The notes: generated by a model not told the origin, from the sequence alone. A DNA stretch of 64,000 nt from Felis catus (GCF_018350175.1 NC_058368.1:68016001-68080000); one strand, 5' to 3'. Shown: positions 1-13,334, counted from the first letter of the stretch. Made by a program: numbers and translations.

Positions 1-89
1 CTTAGAGTTCAGAGGAATAGAATATATTACACAATTCTTTGATTAGGGAAAATTCCACTTCTACCCTCTGCCACTTTTTGCTAGAGCTC

Positions 90-375
90 TTTGTTCCCAG
101 TCACCTTTTAGATCTCAGTTGAATGACACTCTCTCCAGATACTTTAGCTGACACCCTTCTTTACTTTTTCCCTTCCACCAGGAGTAAACTGGGTGCTCCC
201 ACTCTGTGCTTCCCATTCCACTGAAAAGCTATTGTTTAATTATTGGTATCTCCCAACAGGCTTCAGGTCCATTAAAGCAAGGAGTATAAATCCCTTATCC
301 ACCTAGTATCGCTAGCACCTAGCATACTCTTTGGTATAGAGTGAGCACTCAGTAAGAATTTCATTGAAGAAATAA
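90..375 (+). mobile_element. L2 LINE 3' end relic
   Basis: ctagcacctagcatac...gcactcagtaagaatttcattgaagaaataaa resembles the L2 3' terminus. Confidence 0.55.
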
Positions 376-1247
376 AGTTAAATGTCAATAAGATGCAATC
401 AAAATTCTTACCAATGGAATCAGCAAAAATGTGGGAGAAGGTGCTTGCCCCAGAAAATCTACAGGTCGTGGAAAACTACTGACACTTGCTTTGCTGGAAG
501 TTATTACAGCAGCACTCTACTGGTAAATATATGAATGTTGGGTATAGATTGTTCCAAAGAGAATCCCATCTAAGGAGGTGTAACATTCAAAATCCATTAG
601 AGTCAAGTTGAGGACCTATTACTGTAGTCCCGATTACTCAGAGTTCTGGAGGTGTTGGCTATTCACATAACACTAAAAGCCATGGGTTGTATCATATTTA
701 GAGGGTCTGAGGGAATGTGCCTCAAAGTACATCTGCATTTTTTGAAATAGTGCTAATCAATGATTAACCATGTAAAATGAAACCTAACTCTGATTGTGAC
801 ATAATTGGTAAATATGCCTTCCATAGCATTTTCCCCCAAAGAACTATTTGTCAAGGTTACTGAAACCAATGTGTGTACTTGTGGATTCAGTGAGAAATCA
901 CTAAGTGTTGTGTTGTGAAAACTCCCTCACAGAGGGACTTTGGCTTGTCTTCTCAAGGACTGCAGGCATGTATTTCACCACCCAGAGAACCAGCAACCAG
1001 GGCAGTTAGAATAGCCCAGCTTCAGAAAGGTCTCAACTGCTTTCCCCAGACACTGTTCAAAGTGGTGGGCACTTATGGGAACAGCCAGTATCTTTATGTC
1101 TAGATCTCTTCAGGCCACACATGCTCTTGAAGATTGGACTTTGTGCTTAAAGAAAAATAAAAGTGAAGAAAAGCCTGATAACTAATCAAAGTGTTCTTAG
1201 TCACACATGGCAGTTGGGTTTATGTCACAGATGAAAGCCAGGGATGC

Positions 1248-1572
1248 TTTTTATTAAAGTCTTTACTTAAATTCCAGTTAGTTAAGGGGGCACTTGGGTG
1301 GTGGCTAAGTTGGTTAAGCGTACCAGTCTTGATTTTGGCTCAGGGCATGATCTCCTAGTCATAAGATCAAGCCCTGTGTTAGGCTCCATGCTGGGCATGG
1401 AGCCTTCTTAAGATCCTCTTTTTCTCTCTCTCTCTGCCACCCCATCTCAAAGTAAATAAATAAACTTAAAAAAAACCCATTGAAGACATGAATTCCCATT
1501 AGTTAACATACAGTGCAATATTAGCGTCAGGAGCACAATTTAGTGACTCAGCCCTTCTATACATGCTCATCC
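1248..1572 (-). mobile_element. Short carnivore L1 3'-UTR fragment interrupted by a SINE
   Basis: ttaaattccagttagttaa...catacagtgcaatattagcgtcagg...tttagtgactca matches the antisense L1 3' end also seen at 11712 and 26184. Confidence 0.6.
1286..1475 (+). mobile_element. CAN-SINE nested in an L1 fragment
   Basis: GGGGCAC..GGGTGG head, (CT)n, A-tail; degenerate TSD aattccagttagttaa (1270-1285) / aattcccattagttaa (1491-1506). Confidence 0.9.
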
Positions 1573-4422
1573 TACGCTTTGAATACAGACAACTGACAGA
1601 GAAAAAAAAAATTCATGAAAGTTAGGGTTTACCAAATTAAAATTTCATGACAGTTTATATCCTGGAACACTCTGTCCTTGATTGACTAATAATACCCTAA
1701 ATGTTATATTGCCCCATAAATAGAAATTTGTAAACTTACACGAAAGATTTGAGTTCATGTTCAGTCGAATGTTGACTTGCATTTTCTTCTGCATTTGCAA
1801 TAATCTTTAAGTACCAGTACAATTTTCAGTTAACGTTCTATGAGTTATTAATGGGGCATGGGCTGCTAAGTTAAAGTTAAAAAGTAGAACAACGGGTTCT
1901 CAGGTTTCCAGCTTTTTCCCCATAATTTGAAATAAGCAAATCAAGCGTATTTGTGTGTTCTATATTATATTTTTAAAGACGGTATTGTGGTGGTGTTCTG
2001 TTTGTTTTTTCAGAAATCATATTGTTCTCTAGTTAAGTTTATTTCTCTCCCTTCCCAAACAACTCTCCAAAAATGCTGCATAACATTTTCAAAATTTTAA
2101 ATAAAATGTCACAACCCCTCCAGAAAAAGGAAATATCCAGGGGCATTATGTTTCAACTCCATGAAGATTGAGATTCATTCCACTTCTGAAAGTATATTGA
2201 TGGTGTAGCTTGGTGCAAGTTTTAGCTTGCCAGTCATCTTTCTTTAGAGCAAGTTTATTTCTCAGACATGTGTTGTTGGACTTGACTGCAACATAAGACA
2301 AAAATTTAAGCCACGGGCTCCATTTCAGTTCAGTTCAGCAGAAGTAAAAGAGGAAGAGAAAATTTTACAAAGAAAATACGGTTGAGTTGTTAATGCCAAG
2401 ACCTTGATATGTTCACTTAGCAGACTAAGGAGAATCTATTCATTTGAAAACCAAATAATGTTGGTGTAAATGTTGACTGAGGTTGTGATTGGCAGTTCAG
2501 AAAATCAATGAAGAATTTATCTTAAAGGAAGATCATTTAACCCCAGTTCCCATGGTGTAATACATGAAGATAAACCCTTTCTTCTTAGTTGTTGACTGAG
2601 ATGCTACAATAAATCTTACACTGTGCTTCTGAAGAGATTAGTTGGGTATTTAAAAAGGGTATTCTGCCATGTCCCAGGTATAGACCCCAAATCTGCAGTC
2701 GACAATCACAAATTTCCTCACCTGGGTTAAATAGTCTTTCTTGCTCTTGCTATTATTCATGTCAATCCTGTAGTTACATGGAGTCAGGCCACTGAAATTA
2801 GTATTGAAATGAATCCAATTTCCCAAGTCTATTGTTTTTCATCATGCTCATAACAGATGTTATGACTTGAAAAGGTTTGAGCTGAACACGTCTGTGGTTC
2901 CAAGTTAAGCACAGAAAAAGCCAGCTTACATGTTACCGTCACGGTCTGTACTCTTGTAAATCCTGTAATATTTGATGTGAGAGGATTTTGCTAGTGTTGA
3001 TCAAACCTGCTTATCAATCTGGTGTTGTGATAAGTCACTTTGGAAAGTCTTGGCATAACATTTGCCTGGAAAGCACAGAAGAGGGTCTTCTCAAGCAGAA
3101 TTATCATTTATATGCAAGAAAATGTTTCCAAAATTAGAATCTGTAAAATGTGGGGTCTTCAACGTTAAACTTGTATGTTCATTTTGCCTTCTGTATAAAG
3201 TGCAAGATGTTCTTCTGTTAGACACAGATAAGGGAAAAATTACCACTAAACAATTCTAGGTAATAATGAACTTTTTACTTACCTGGGTGTTATTTTGTCT
3301 TTCCTTTCCCTTGCATGGATATAATAATAAAATTGAAAATCCTTGGAGGTGTTTTAACGCCTGCTAATGTATTCTCTTAGTGCAGCACAATGAAGAGAGA
3401 GGGTTTGCAAGCTTCTAACATTATTAAAAATCAATTTACCAGTTACTCTGTAGTGTTCTCACTTTCCTTGGTTTCAAAGATGTTCCCCATTGCTTCCTCC
3501 CTATCCTGTTTTATCTGGAAATTGTTTTTCAACTTAAATATTTCAGAAATTGCATTACTTTTGAGAGTTATTAAAAGGAAAATTTATTTGGGAAGATTTT
3601 TTTTTCCTCAGCAATCTCAAGATGTTGCTCCCTTTTATGTTAACCTTTTCCATTGAGAAGCATGTATTTATTTATTTCTGTAGTTCTGATTTCTACTTCC
3701 CGTGGGTTAGGAGGATAATCAAATCTTTTGGTGAAAGGTCAAGTAGGATTAAGGAGAGCAAGTGAAAGATCGTGAACTATGACAATGACTATCATCTTTT
3801 AGCCATTTTCTTTTTTTTTTACATTTTTTAAGTCATGTTGCTAAAAACTTTAAGAAGGTTTGATTTGGCATAATTAAAAAAATTAATTATTAATATTTCT
3901 ATTAAAATGAGGTGTTGTTAAATAAAAATGTTAACCATTTCAACCCAACTTGGGAAACTGGCAGTCTTTAACCACAGAACGTTTAGAGAAATGGAAGAAA
4001 TCAAACTGATAAATACTAAGGGTTTATATTGTCTTCTGCCACAATACATTTTTTAGTGCTAATATTTATTACTTCAGCCAATGTAATTTGAAAAATAATA
4101 GCTGTAAAGAAAAAAGGAAAATATGAGGCAAAATTGTCATTATTTTCAGATGGTATGATTATACACCTGAAAAATCCAAAACTATCAGTTGTATAGTTTT
4201 AGCTATTACTAAATAGCTGCTAGAAAAATGTATTAGCTGCTAGAAAAATGACAAAACTCAGTAAGTTGGCTGGTTACAAATTAATAGATGATTAATAGCA
4301 TTAAAGTTGATAGTGTTGGTACTATTTAGAGAATAAAATAGAAGGAAATAAAATAGAAAGAAAAATTATATGAGAAATGCACCAGACATAGATGAACAAG
4401 ACTTACAATATCTACCAGGTTT

Positions 4423-4488
4423 TCTCCTTCCTTCCTTCCTTCCTTCCTTCCTTCCTTCCTTCCTTCCTTCCTTCCTTCCTTCCTTTTT

Positions 4489-4536
<48 letters not shown>

Positions 4537-4568
4537 TCCCTTCTTTCTTTTCTTTATGTCTTTCTTTT
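4423..4568. repeat. Compound (CCTT)n-(CTTT)n microsatellite
   Basis: Directly visible polypyrimidine tandem repeat. Confidence 0.95.
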
Positions 4569-4689
4569 TAAAAATCTTGGCTCAACTGAAAGAAGTTCTA
4601 CTTGGATAAGAATGTTTAATATTGTAAAGAGGTCAGCTCTCTATAAATGAGTCTGTAAATTCAGCGTCTTCCCAATAAAATTGGGAGGA

Positions 4690-5209
4690 TGTATTAGTTA
4701 TATATCACTGCATAACAAATTAGCCCAAATGTAGTGAATTTGAACAATAAGTGTTTATTAATTCATGAAGTTTCTCTGTGTCTGGAATTTGGGAGCTACT
4801 TGGCTGGGTGGTTCTGGGTTGGAGTCTCTTACGAAGTTGCAGGCAAGGCTGTAGTCAAATGCAGACATGACTTGGGCTGGAAGATTCACTTGTATGATGG
4901 TTCATTCTCATGACCGTGGTTGTTGGCAGGAAGCCTCAATTCCTCCCAGGTGAATCTCTCCAGAGGCTACTTAAATGTATTTACAACAGGGTAGCCACTT
5001 CTCCCAGAGTGAGTGAACCAAGAGTGAGGATAAGGTGGGAGCAGTAATGTCTTTTATGACCTAATTTTGAATGTCATGCACCGTCACTCCTGCAATATCC
5101 CACTGGCCACAAAGGTCAGTCCTATTTAATGTGAGAGGAGATTGCCTCAGGGGCATGAATTCTAGGCATCATGGATCATTGGGGGCCATGTTAGAGGCTG
5201 GCTACCACA
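4690..5209 (-). mobile_element. MaLR solo LTR (MLT1F/G/H-like)
   Basis: TG...CA termini; ends gggccatgttagaggctggctaccaca, the reverse complement of the MLT1 5' end. Confidence 0.8.
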
Positions 5210-5329
5210 GAAGGTTTGAATATTGGCAAATCAATCCTGGTGGTTGTACAAGGAAATAAAAATCTGAGACTAGCCAGGAAATCTTTTGAAAGGAGAAAGT
5301 TGATATTTATTTAAAAATTGCTCTCCACC

Positions 5330-5533
5330 AGGCACAATTATAACCATTATGTATGAGTTATATCAGTTATGCCCCCTAATATCCCTATGGGATACTTTTT
5401 ATTATTATCTCTATGACAGATGAGGAAAGGAAGTCACAGAGAGATTGACATAACTTCTCCAAGGTCTCACAGTAAGAGGCAGAGGCAGGATTTGAACCCA
5501 GGAAAGTCTGACTCTAGAGCTCAAGTCCTTAAC
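5330..5533 (-). mobile_element. MIR SINE
   Basis: Core acagatgaggaaa...aaggtctcacag...ggatttgaacccagg. Confidence 0.8.
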
Positions 5534-6803
5534 TCCAAGTAGAAATGGCAGGTGTGCCCATTAGACTCAGTACATATTTAAATCTACTGTAATGAAAACA
5601 GTTCTGGGAGACAACGGAAAGAGAAATTAATGGAACCAAATAGAGCCCAGACATCCATGTAGGAATTGAGTGTGGAATGTGGGTGACATTTCAGATTAGA
5701 GTGGAAAATTTAACAAATGGCATCATGATAGCTTGGCTAGTTATTTGGGAAAAAAGAAAGCTAAATATAATCATTCTTTATATCAAACCTCTGTGGATAA
5801 AGTACTATAATATAAAAACAGGAAAAGATAAAAATACTGGAAGAAAATGTTACCACAATTTTTAACAAGTAAAGAAAACTCTTAATCAGTAAGTCATATA
5901 GCAAGACAGTGATCAATTTGACTACATATGCAAAACATGCCATAAGCAATCAAAAGATAAACAACAAGCTAGGGAAAAAGATAATGCCTTCACTTATGCA
6001 ATTGACAAAGCTCTAATTTCCTCTTGAAAGGGAGTTCTTACAAATCATAAAGGAAAGACACATAATTCAATGAAAAATCACAGAGATAGTGATTGACAAA
6101 AAAAAATATAAAGTGTTCATAAACAAGAAAAATGCTCGTCCTCCTAGTTAAAGAAATTAAGCTTAATTTTCACTTATCCCCTTGGGATATGGTAGAAATT
6201 GAAATTTTGCTACACCACAGTATTACTGAGGGTATAGGGGAATAGAGAACTCTTACACACTACTGACAGTATCTCTCAGATTAAAATCTACTCTGATCTT
6301 TTGACCTCACCTTTATATTATTAGATATAAAGGCCCTCCTCTGTGTCCACACACACTTAACGTCTATTGTACCATTGCCTGAAACAGTAATAAACAAGCA
6401 AATACAGAAATGAAAACTGTCGACCACAATGGAACAGGCTAAATAAATTATGGTAGAGCTACCCTGTGAAAAACTAGGCATATATCCTTTAGAGTTAGCT
6501 ACCAGGGGTGTGCTGATCTGAAATGAAAAAGTTCCTCAGATTCCATTTGAACCATTCAAATGCAGAACGCTGGCTGTTATCAATTCTCCTTTCTTTAGCA
6601 ACAACAACAACAACAACAACAACAAAGGATTTGCTGACATTTAGGTTTATAAATTTGAAATTTCTGGAATTCCTTCTGTAAGAAGCTGTGCAAGTTGATG
6701 GTTTTGAGGAAGGAGAGACAGGGTCTTGAAGAGAAGGAAAATGTAATTTCATTTTATTTCATCTTATGCTTTTCTACTTTTGTCATGTGTCTGAATCACT
6801 TAA

Positions 6804-7004
6804 TTTTTTTTAATGTTTATTTATTTTTGAGAGGGAGAGAGAGTGCACGTGGGGGAGGGGCAGAGAGGTAGAGAGAATGCCATGCAGGCTTTGCCCTGGC
6901 AGCAAAAAGCCCGATGTGGGGCTCGAACCCACAAACTGTAAGACTATGATATGAGCTGAGATCAAGAGTCGGATGCTTAAGTGACTGAGCCACCCAGGCG
7001 CCCC
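6804..7004 (-). mobile_element. CAN-SINE
   Basis: Full antisense SINE; TSD tgaatcacttaa / tgaattacttaa. Confidence 0.95.
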
Positions 7005-7019
7005 TGAATTACTTAAAAG

Positions 7020-7240
7020 ATTTTAAAAATTTTACTTTTAGCAGTTTTTTAAAGTGTATTTTTTAGAGAGAAAGAGAGTGCGCTAGAGCCAGTGGGGGAT
7101 GGGCAGAGGGAGATGGAGGGTCCAAAGTGGGCTCTGAGCTGACAGCACAGAGCCTGATGCGGGACTGAACTCACAGAACTGGGAGATCACGACCTGAGCA
7201 GAAGTTGGTCACTTATCGGACTGAGCCACCCAGGAGCCCC
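7020..7240 (-). mobile_element. CAN-SINE (older, tandem with the previous copy)
   Basis: Antisense SINE ending ctgagccacccaggagcccc. Confidence 0.9.
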
Positions 7241-7809
7241 CTGAATTCCTTTTATAATAAAATTAATTCATAATTTAAAATTGTGGGCTATGATAGGGTT
7301 TGGTTTTATGATATATGATTTGAAACTCCATATATCACTGAGTTTACGTCTAGTTCCTCTGAAAAATTAAATAAGTTACTATTAGGTGAAAACAACAAAT
7401 AATAATACAGGTATTATTATTACAACAGTGTAAAATCCATAGAGGTGACTTAAAACGGACAAGGTAATTTAGAGGTGTGAGATTCTGGGTAATTTTTAGT
7501 TTTTAATGCCGCTTTACTATTAGCATTAGTTTTACTTAAAGTGTCCTGAAATAAACCCTACTGAAATGGAATTAACTATTTGCTTTCAAATACACAATGA
7601 TGTTGTATGCCAATATTTGCAAGTATGCTAGCCTGGACTGTTGTGATTTAAGCTATTTTCAAATGGTCAGTGACTTACCCACCTACCTAAGCTATGTAAA
7701 TCGTTTCTCATACAAATTATCAAAATCCATTTAAAGTGAGAGTTCATTGAAAAATTTAAGCAACTCAACAAAAAACTAACCAAAGTGAGAATGTGTTCAT
7801 CTTTAGGAA

Positions 7810-8800
7810 CTGGCATGGAGTAGATTTAATAAGCTAAATTTGGATAATTTGAACATCAAAAAAGAATAGATATGATAATGGATTATAACATATTAAGTTA
7901 AAGCATGAGTCTATAGTTATATGTATGTATATTCGTATGTATATACTTATATAAGTACAGAGAAATCCCTTTTTTTAACAGAAGAATGCTAATTAGTAAT
8001 TACAGCAGAAGAGATAAAATAAGAAAATCACAGTGTTGTAATGCTCAATTCAATAATTGATCCTTCAAGGATCATCAGTCAGTACTAACCCTTTTGGAGA
8101 AGGGTGGTTGGAAGCAGGATCTTCACATGGTCTGAAGGTATCTCCATGTAGACTTAAGTGTTCTGTCTCTTAGGTTCTTATAAAGTGAAAAATAAACTTA
8201 AAAAGTGGAGGTTACCTTATCCATGTGATCAAATTTAGTAATAGAAAAACCTGCTATTGTATGTCTCCTGATTTGCTATCATATCACCTAGGTAATATTC
8301 TTGCCAAATATGTTAAAGCAAATCTTATCGTGGGGGAACAATTAGACAAATTTAGAAAGTGGGATAGTGTGACAGACAGCTGGCCTGGATTAAAAAAAAT
8401 AATATCATGAAACACACACACAAAGCAAAGGGAATATTTAAATTAAAAAGATTTAGAGAAACCTAAGAACCAAATACAGTGCATGAAATTTTGATGCTGA
8501 ATTAAAAATAAAAAAGGAGAGAAAACTATAAAGGACATTTTGAGGCTTAGGAGGAACTGGAATAATTTGAATGTAGACTATATCACAGATCACAAATTAA
8601 AGTAATTAATGTTAGTTTTCTTGAGTGCAATAATGGTTTTGTGGTTACTTAGGAAAATATTTTTATTCTTAGAAGATGCAATTAGAAGGAGAAGATATGT
8701 GGAGAGAGAAAGCAAATGTGACAAATAATAATTGATGAATCTAGGATACACGTGTTCACTCTAATATTCTCTAGGTTTGAAATTTTGCAAAATGAGAAGA
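7810..8800 (+). mobile_element. Ancient L1 3' UTR (L1MC-like)
   Basis: aaaggacattttg...tttgaatgtagact...attaatgttagttttcttgagtg...gtttgaaattttgcaaaat resembles L1MC 3' ends. Confidence 0.65.
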
Positions 8801-9239
8801 GAAATATTAAGTGTGGATTAACGACTTGCACTATTTCTGATGTCCCTGGTGCTGACTTCAGCCTTGCCTTCAGGATCAAGTTACAATGTTTGAGAAAAGG
8901 TGCCTGGGAAGGAACTAACTAGGCAAGATGAGGAGGGCTCTTATTTTTACTAGAAACAAATTACGATTGCTAACGTGAATGAGTGTACTTCTGACAGAGC
9001 TTTACCCATGGTCACTTTTTTCCTCCTTAAATTGCTTGTGCATTTGATGGGATTATTTGTGCTCCAGATTGACTGGCAGGCAGAGTATTGAACAGTTTAT
9101 CATAAGCACATTTGCTTTTAAAAATGTTGAATTAGGTTTCTGTGTAGGAATGCAGAATTCCACCTAGTTATATAGGCAAGTACACTCCTAGAAAACCTTG
9201 GTTCCTCATTAGAGTTTTTCTTTTAACCATTTACTGCTT

Positions 9240-9365
9240 CTCAGTTAACTGGTTCCCCCAAACAGCACCTTCAGTATTACCTGGGAAACTTGTTAGAAAT
9301 GCAAATGAAATCACAAACTCCGGGAGTGGAGCCCTGAGAGCTGGCACTTACAAGCCTTCGGTGAA
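9240..9365. mobile_element. MER5A/MER5A1 hAT-Charlie relic
   Basis: cagtattacctgggaaacttgttagaaatgcaaat core. Confidence 0.65.
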
Positions 9366-9572
9366 TAAAATGGACAGGTCCTCTCCTTGACCACGGAGGT
9401 TGTCGGGAATGGCCACTGAGGGTCCTGTTGCTGTGGAGAGGGGAGGAGGAACATCACACAGATTGTGGACTACTTCATGCCATTGGTCTGAACATGCTGA
9501 AAGCACTGAAAAATTCTAGGAGATTGACCTAATAAGGCAGAGCAGCAGAAAGTGAATTAATAGCTCCAAAGA

Positions 9573-9740
9573 GGGGCGCGTGGGTGGCTCAGTCAGTTGA
9601 GCATCCGACTTTGGCTCAGGTCATGATCTCACGGTCCATGAGTTTGGGCCTGCGTTGGTCTCTGTGCTGACAGCTCAGAGCCTGGAGCCTGCTTCAGATT
9701 CTGGGTCTCCCTCTCTCTCTGCCCCTCCCCACTCATGTTA

Positions 9741-9775
<35 letters not shown>

Positions 9776-9801
9776 GTCAAAAATAAATATAAACATAAAA
9801 A
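9573..9801 (+). mobile_element. CAN-SINE
   Basis: Full element; TSD aatagctccaaaga / aatagcttcaaaga. Confidence 0.95.
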
Positions 9802-10000
9802 AATAGCTTCAAAGATAACCAGATGCAAAACAGTCCATCCAGTTTTAGTCTCTAGCAGGGTGGATAAAACCCTTCCAACCTGGGCCAAGGGAAGACCCAG
9901 CAGAGGAGAAGCTAGCAGTAAAGTAGGAGGGGTATGGGGTAGAGGGTCCAGTATGGGAAGTAACTTAGTCTAGGCCAGCCAGATAGAAAGTGAGGAAATA

Positions 10001-10108
10001 GGGCACCTGGGTGGCTCAATTGGTTAAGCATCTGACTTTGACTTAGGTCATGATCTTACAGTTCATGAGTTCGAGCCCCACACTGAGAGTGTGGAGCCTG
10101 CTTGGGTT

Positions 10109-10169
<61 letters not shown>

Positions 10170-10199
10170 GTCTCTCTCCCCTCCCCTACTTGCATATGT

Positions 10200-10234
<35 letters not shown>

Positions 10235-10264
10235 ATAAATAAATAAACTTAAAAAAAAAAAAAA
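10001..10264 (+). mobile_element. CAN-SINE with expanded (CT)n
   Basis: tRNA-like head, long CT tracts, poly(A). Confidence 0.95.
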
Positions 10265-11366
10265 GGAAGTGAGAACACACTTAAGGAGAACAGGGCAAAA
10301 ACAAAGTCAACTGTATGCTTGGCCAGCTCAGAGCTCTCCTAAGCAGAGCCTGGGTCAGCCCTTCAACCCAAGGTTGAAGGATTGGGTGCTGGCACAATCC
10401 AGGAAGCAGTGAGGGACCTTCCTGGGATGGTTGAAAAAACATTCCACTCTGTAGGGAGGGAACAAAAAGACTCAGGGTATCTAAATGTCTGGGCCAAAAG
10501 GGTGGGCACCCTTTGGGTTTTTGTAGGTCTTACTGACAGAAATAGGGGAGAAGGGGGAAATGCCTTCCTCAGTGCTCCTGTTTTGGGGTACAGGACAAAA
10601 GGGATTAATGTTAGATCCCTCTAGGTCTTTGGGAAAGATTAGACCTTCAGGCTGGTTGTGGGAAAGGAGCAGAGGCTAATCCCTGAATTAATATAGGCAG
10701 GAGGAAGCAGCAGAGGGCACTGAAAATATTTTGGTCCCCCACTATCAGAAAGAGAGCTGCTAGTATCCTGTCAGGCTAGGTTTCTGTTGGTACCAAGGGA
10801 GGCTTAAGTTTGGGGCAGCCATCATTATGAATGTAGAGAGGTTAAGAGAGGTAGGGAACATTATTTTGAAATTCTCAGGAGACAGACAGCCCTGATTTAT
10901 GATATTTTTATATAATTAAAAAATGCAGGAGGAGGCCAGAGAGCATTTACATATCAGAAATTTATGAGCATTTGACCCAGAGATGAAAATATTATTGGAA
11001 AAAGTATGTGAGAGTGGTATATTAGTTAAATAACAGCGATAGAATGAATCATTAAGCTATTAATAGCTAATGAGTTGATTATCCTAATTTAGAAAATGCT
11101 TTGATGTACAATATTTGATGTGGTGCACCTGTGAGTAGTAAGGGACACACTTTTATCCCCATAATGCAAATGAGGAAGTCGGGTTAAGAGTAATTAAATG
11201 ACATGACTCATCAGTGGAAGACTGTGATTCCAGCCGAATTTCCTGATGCCTTACTTATCACAAGGCTTTGCTGATCATACTAAAAAAATGTTTTTGGTTC
11301 TTTTTAAAGTCTTTCTTTTCTCTTATTCTGAATAAGTGTAATGGAAAAAAGAAAGTAAGAAGTTTT

Positions 11367-11399
11367 TATTTTTTATTTTTTTTAAGTTTATTTATTTGT

Positions 11400-11433
<34 letters not shown>

Positions 11434-11607
11434 CAAGCAGGGGAAGGGGTAAAGAGAATCCCAAGCAGGTTCTGCACGGTCAGTGCAGAGCCTGATGTGA
11501 GCAGTCCAGAGCCCGACGCTGGGCTCGAACTCACAAACCATGAGATCATGACCTGAGCTGAGATCAAGAGTCAGACATTTAACCGACAGAGACACCCAAG
11601 CTCCCCC
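11367..11607 (-). mobile_element. CAN-SINE
   Basis: Antisense SINE; TSD gtaagaagtttt on both sides. Confidence 0.95.
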
Positions 11608-11711
11608 AAAAATGTAAGAAGTTTTTTAAAATTTCCTTTTAAGAAGCTATTAGGGGAAGCTAAGATGGTTTCATTGCCCCATGTCTGAGTTCAGATCATA
11701 ATTCACATAAT

Positions 11712-12457
11712 ATTTTTAATTTAAATTTTATTTAGTTAACAGTACAATATTGGTTTCAGCAGAATTCAGTGATTCATCACTTACATCCAGCACCCAGTGC
11801 TCATCACAAGTGCCCTCCTTAATACCCATCATCCATCTTGTTCTCTGTCGTTAAGAGTCTCTTGTGCTTTGTTTCCCTTTCTTCTCTTCCCCCTCTTCCC
11901 ATATGTTCATCTATTTCATTTCTTAAATTGCACATATGAGTGAAATCATGTGGTATTATCTTTCTCTGATTGACTTATTTCACTTAGCATAATATGGAGA
12001 AAGGGGAACCCTCTTGCACTGTTGGTGGGAATGCAAGCTGGTGCAGCCACTCTTGAGAACAATATGGAGGTGCCTCAGAAAAACCAAAAATAGAACTACC
12101 CTACAATCCAGCAAGTGCACTATTAGGTATTTACCAAAGGACACAAAATACAGATTTGAAGGGGTACATGCACCTCAATGTTTAGAGCAGCATTATCAAC
12201 AACAGCCAAACTATGGAAAGAACCCAAAACTCCATAGACTGATGAATGGATAAAGAAGATATGGTGTGTGTACACACACACACACACACACATGCACACA
12301 CACACACACACGGTGGAATATTACTCAGCCATAGAAAAGAATGACATGCCATTTGCAATAATGTGGATGAAGCTAGAGTGTATTATGCTAAGTGAAATAA
12401 GTCAAGCGGAGAAAGACAAATACCATATGATTTCACTCATATGTAGAATTTAAGAAA
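11712..12457 (-). mobile_element. 5'-truncated, 5'-inverted (twin-primed) carnivore L1
   Basis: Antisense 3' UTR 11712-11995 joined to sense ORF2 end 11996-12457 ([12 protein letters not shown]...; ...LSEISQAEKDKYHMISLIC); TSD cataattcacataat (11697-11711) / cataatttacatcat (12458-12472). Confidence 0.85.
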
Positions 12458-12868
12458 CATAATTTACATCATTTTAAAGTAACACCTAACTAGACATTTC
12501 CCATCTGACAGTGTCAACGATCTGAAAAAAATATACGGGTGAGTTACCCATCGCCGGGAGTGCTGAAAGCAGCAGGCTGTTTGCTTGTTTGGGAATATAG
12601 AGGAATTTCTTGGTTCGAGAAGAGGTTTGACTGGGTAACCTTTAAGTCTGACTGACAAGATTCCATGAGAAGCTGGAAGCAAGTGAAAACATAGCAAACA
12701 AACAACAATAGCAAAGCCCAGTTCCTTCAAGCCAGAGTAGATGCTGCAAAGTCTGGATCTCTAGTGCAGCTTACTGCTCATTAGAGACACTCTCATGGAT
12801 GTCACCTTTCAGGGTCTTGCTGCTCTGGTTTGAAAATGCTGCAAGTTTATTTTCCTGATTTTCTAGGT

Positions 12869-13018
12869 CAGTGGTTCTCCAAGTGTGTTTCCTAGACCAA
12901 CAGCTTCAGTATCACCTGGGCAACTTGTTAAAAACGCAAATGGACCAGCAACTCTAGGAGTGCCCCCTGCCCCTGCAGTCTGGTTGTTAACAGCCCTCCA
13001 GGTGAACCTGATGCCAGT
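12869..13018. mobile_element. MER5A/MER5A1 hAT-Charlie relic
   Basis: cagtggttctc terminus, atcacctgggcaacttgtta, ccctccaggtga. Confidence 0.75.
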
Positions 13019-13334
13019 GTGCTAGGTAACAGGAGAGAGGTTGTATATTAAATCTAGTGGGAGAAGTAATATTAGAGGAAGGCACAAATGGAATCAAGCC
13101 ATTCTGTGTGGGGATCGCTTAATGTAGGGGACCACCTGCACAACCCATGTTACCGTTGTCGTAAGGCAGTAATGATGTTTTATAAAGATTTCTAACAGTT
13201 AAAATTTAAAAAATCATTTTTGAATGCAATTGACTTACGGCAAATATATTTCATTCGTTGGCTAGAATGTATAGTATTAGTTTGGATTTGTTTTGCTTGT
13301 TAGGTTTTTAGACAAAATGGGCCGAATTTCTCTA

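Larger units (their letters stand above)
4090..6530 (+). mobile_element. Ancient L1 (L1M-class) ORF2 relic, split by a microsatellite, an MLT1 LTR and a MIR
   Basis: Around 4130 translates KLSLFSDGMIIHLKNPK (compare the L1 RT motif KLSLFADDMIVYLENPK); collinear decayed ORF2 resumes after 5210 and after 5540. Confidence 0.7.
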
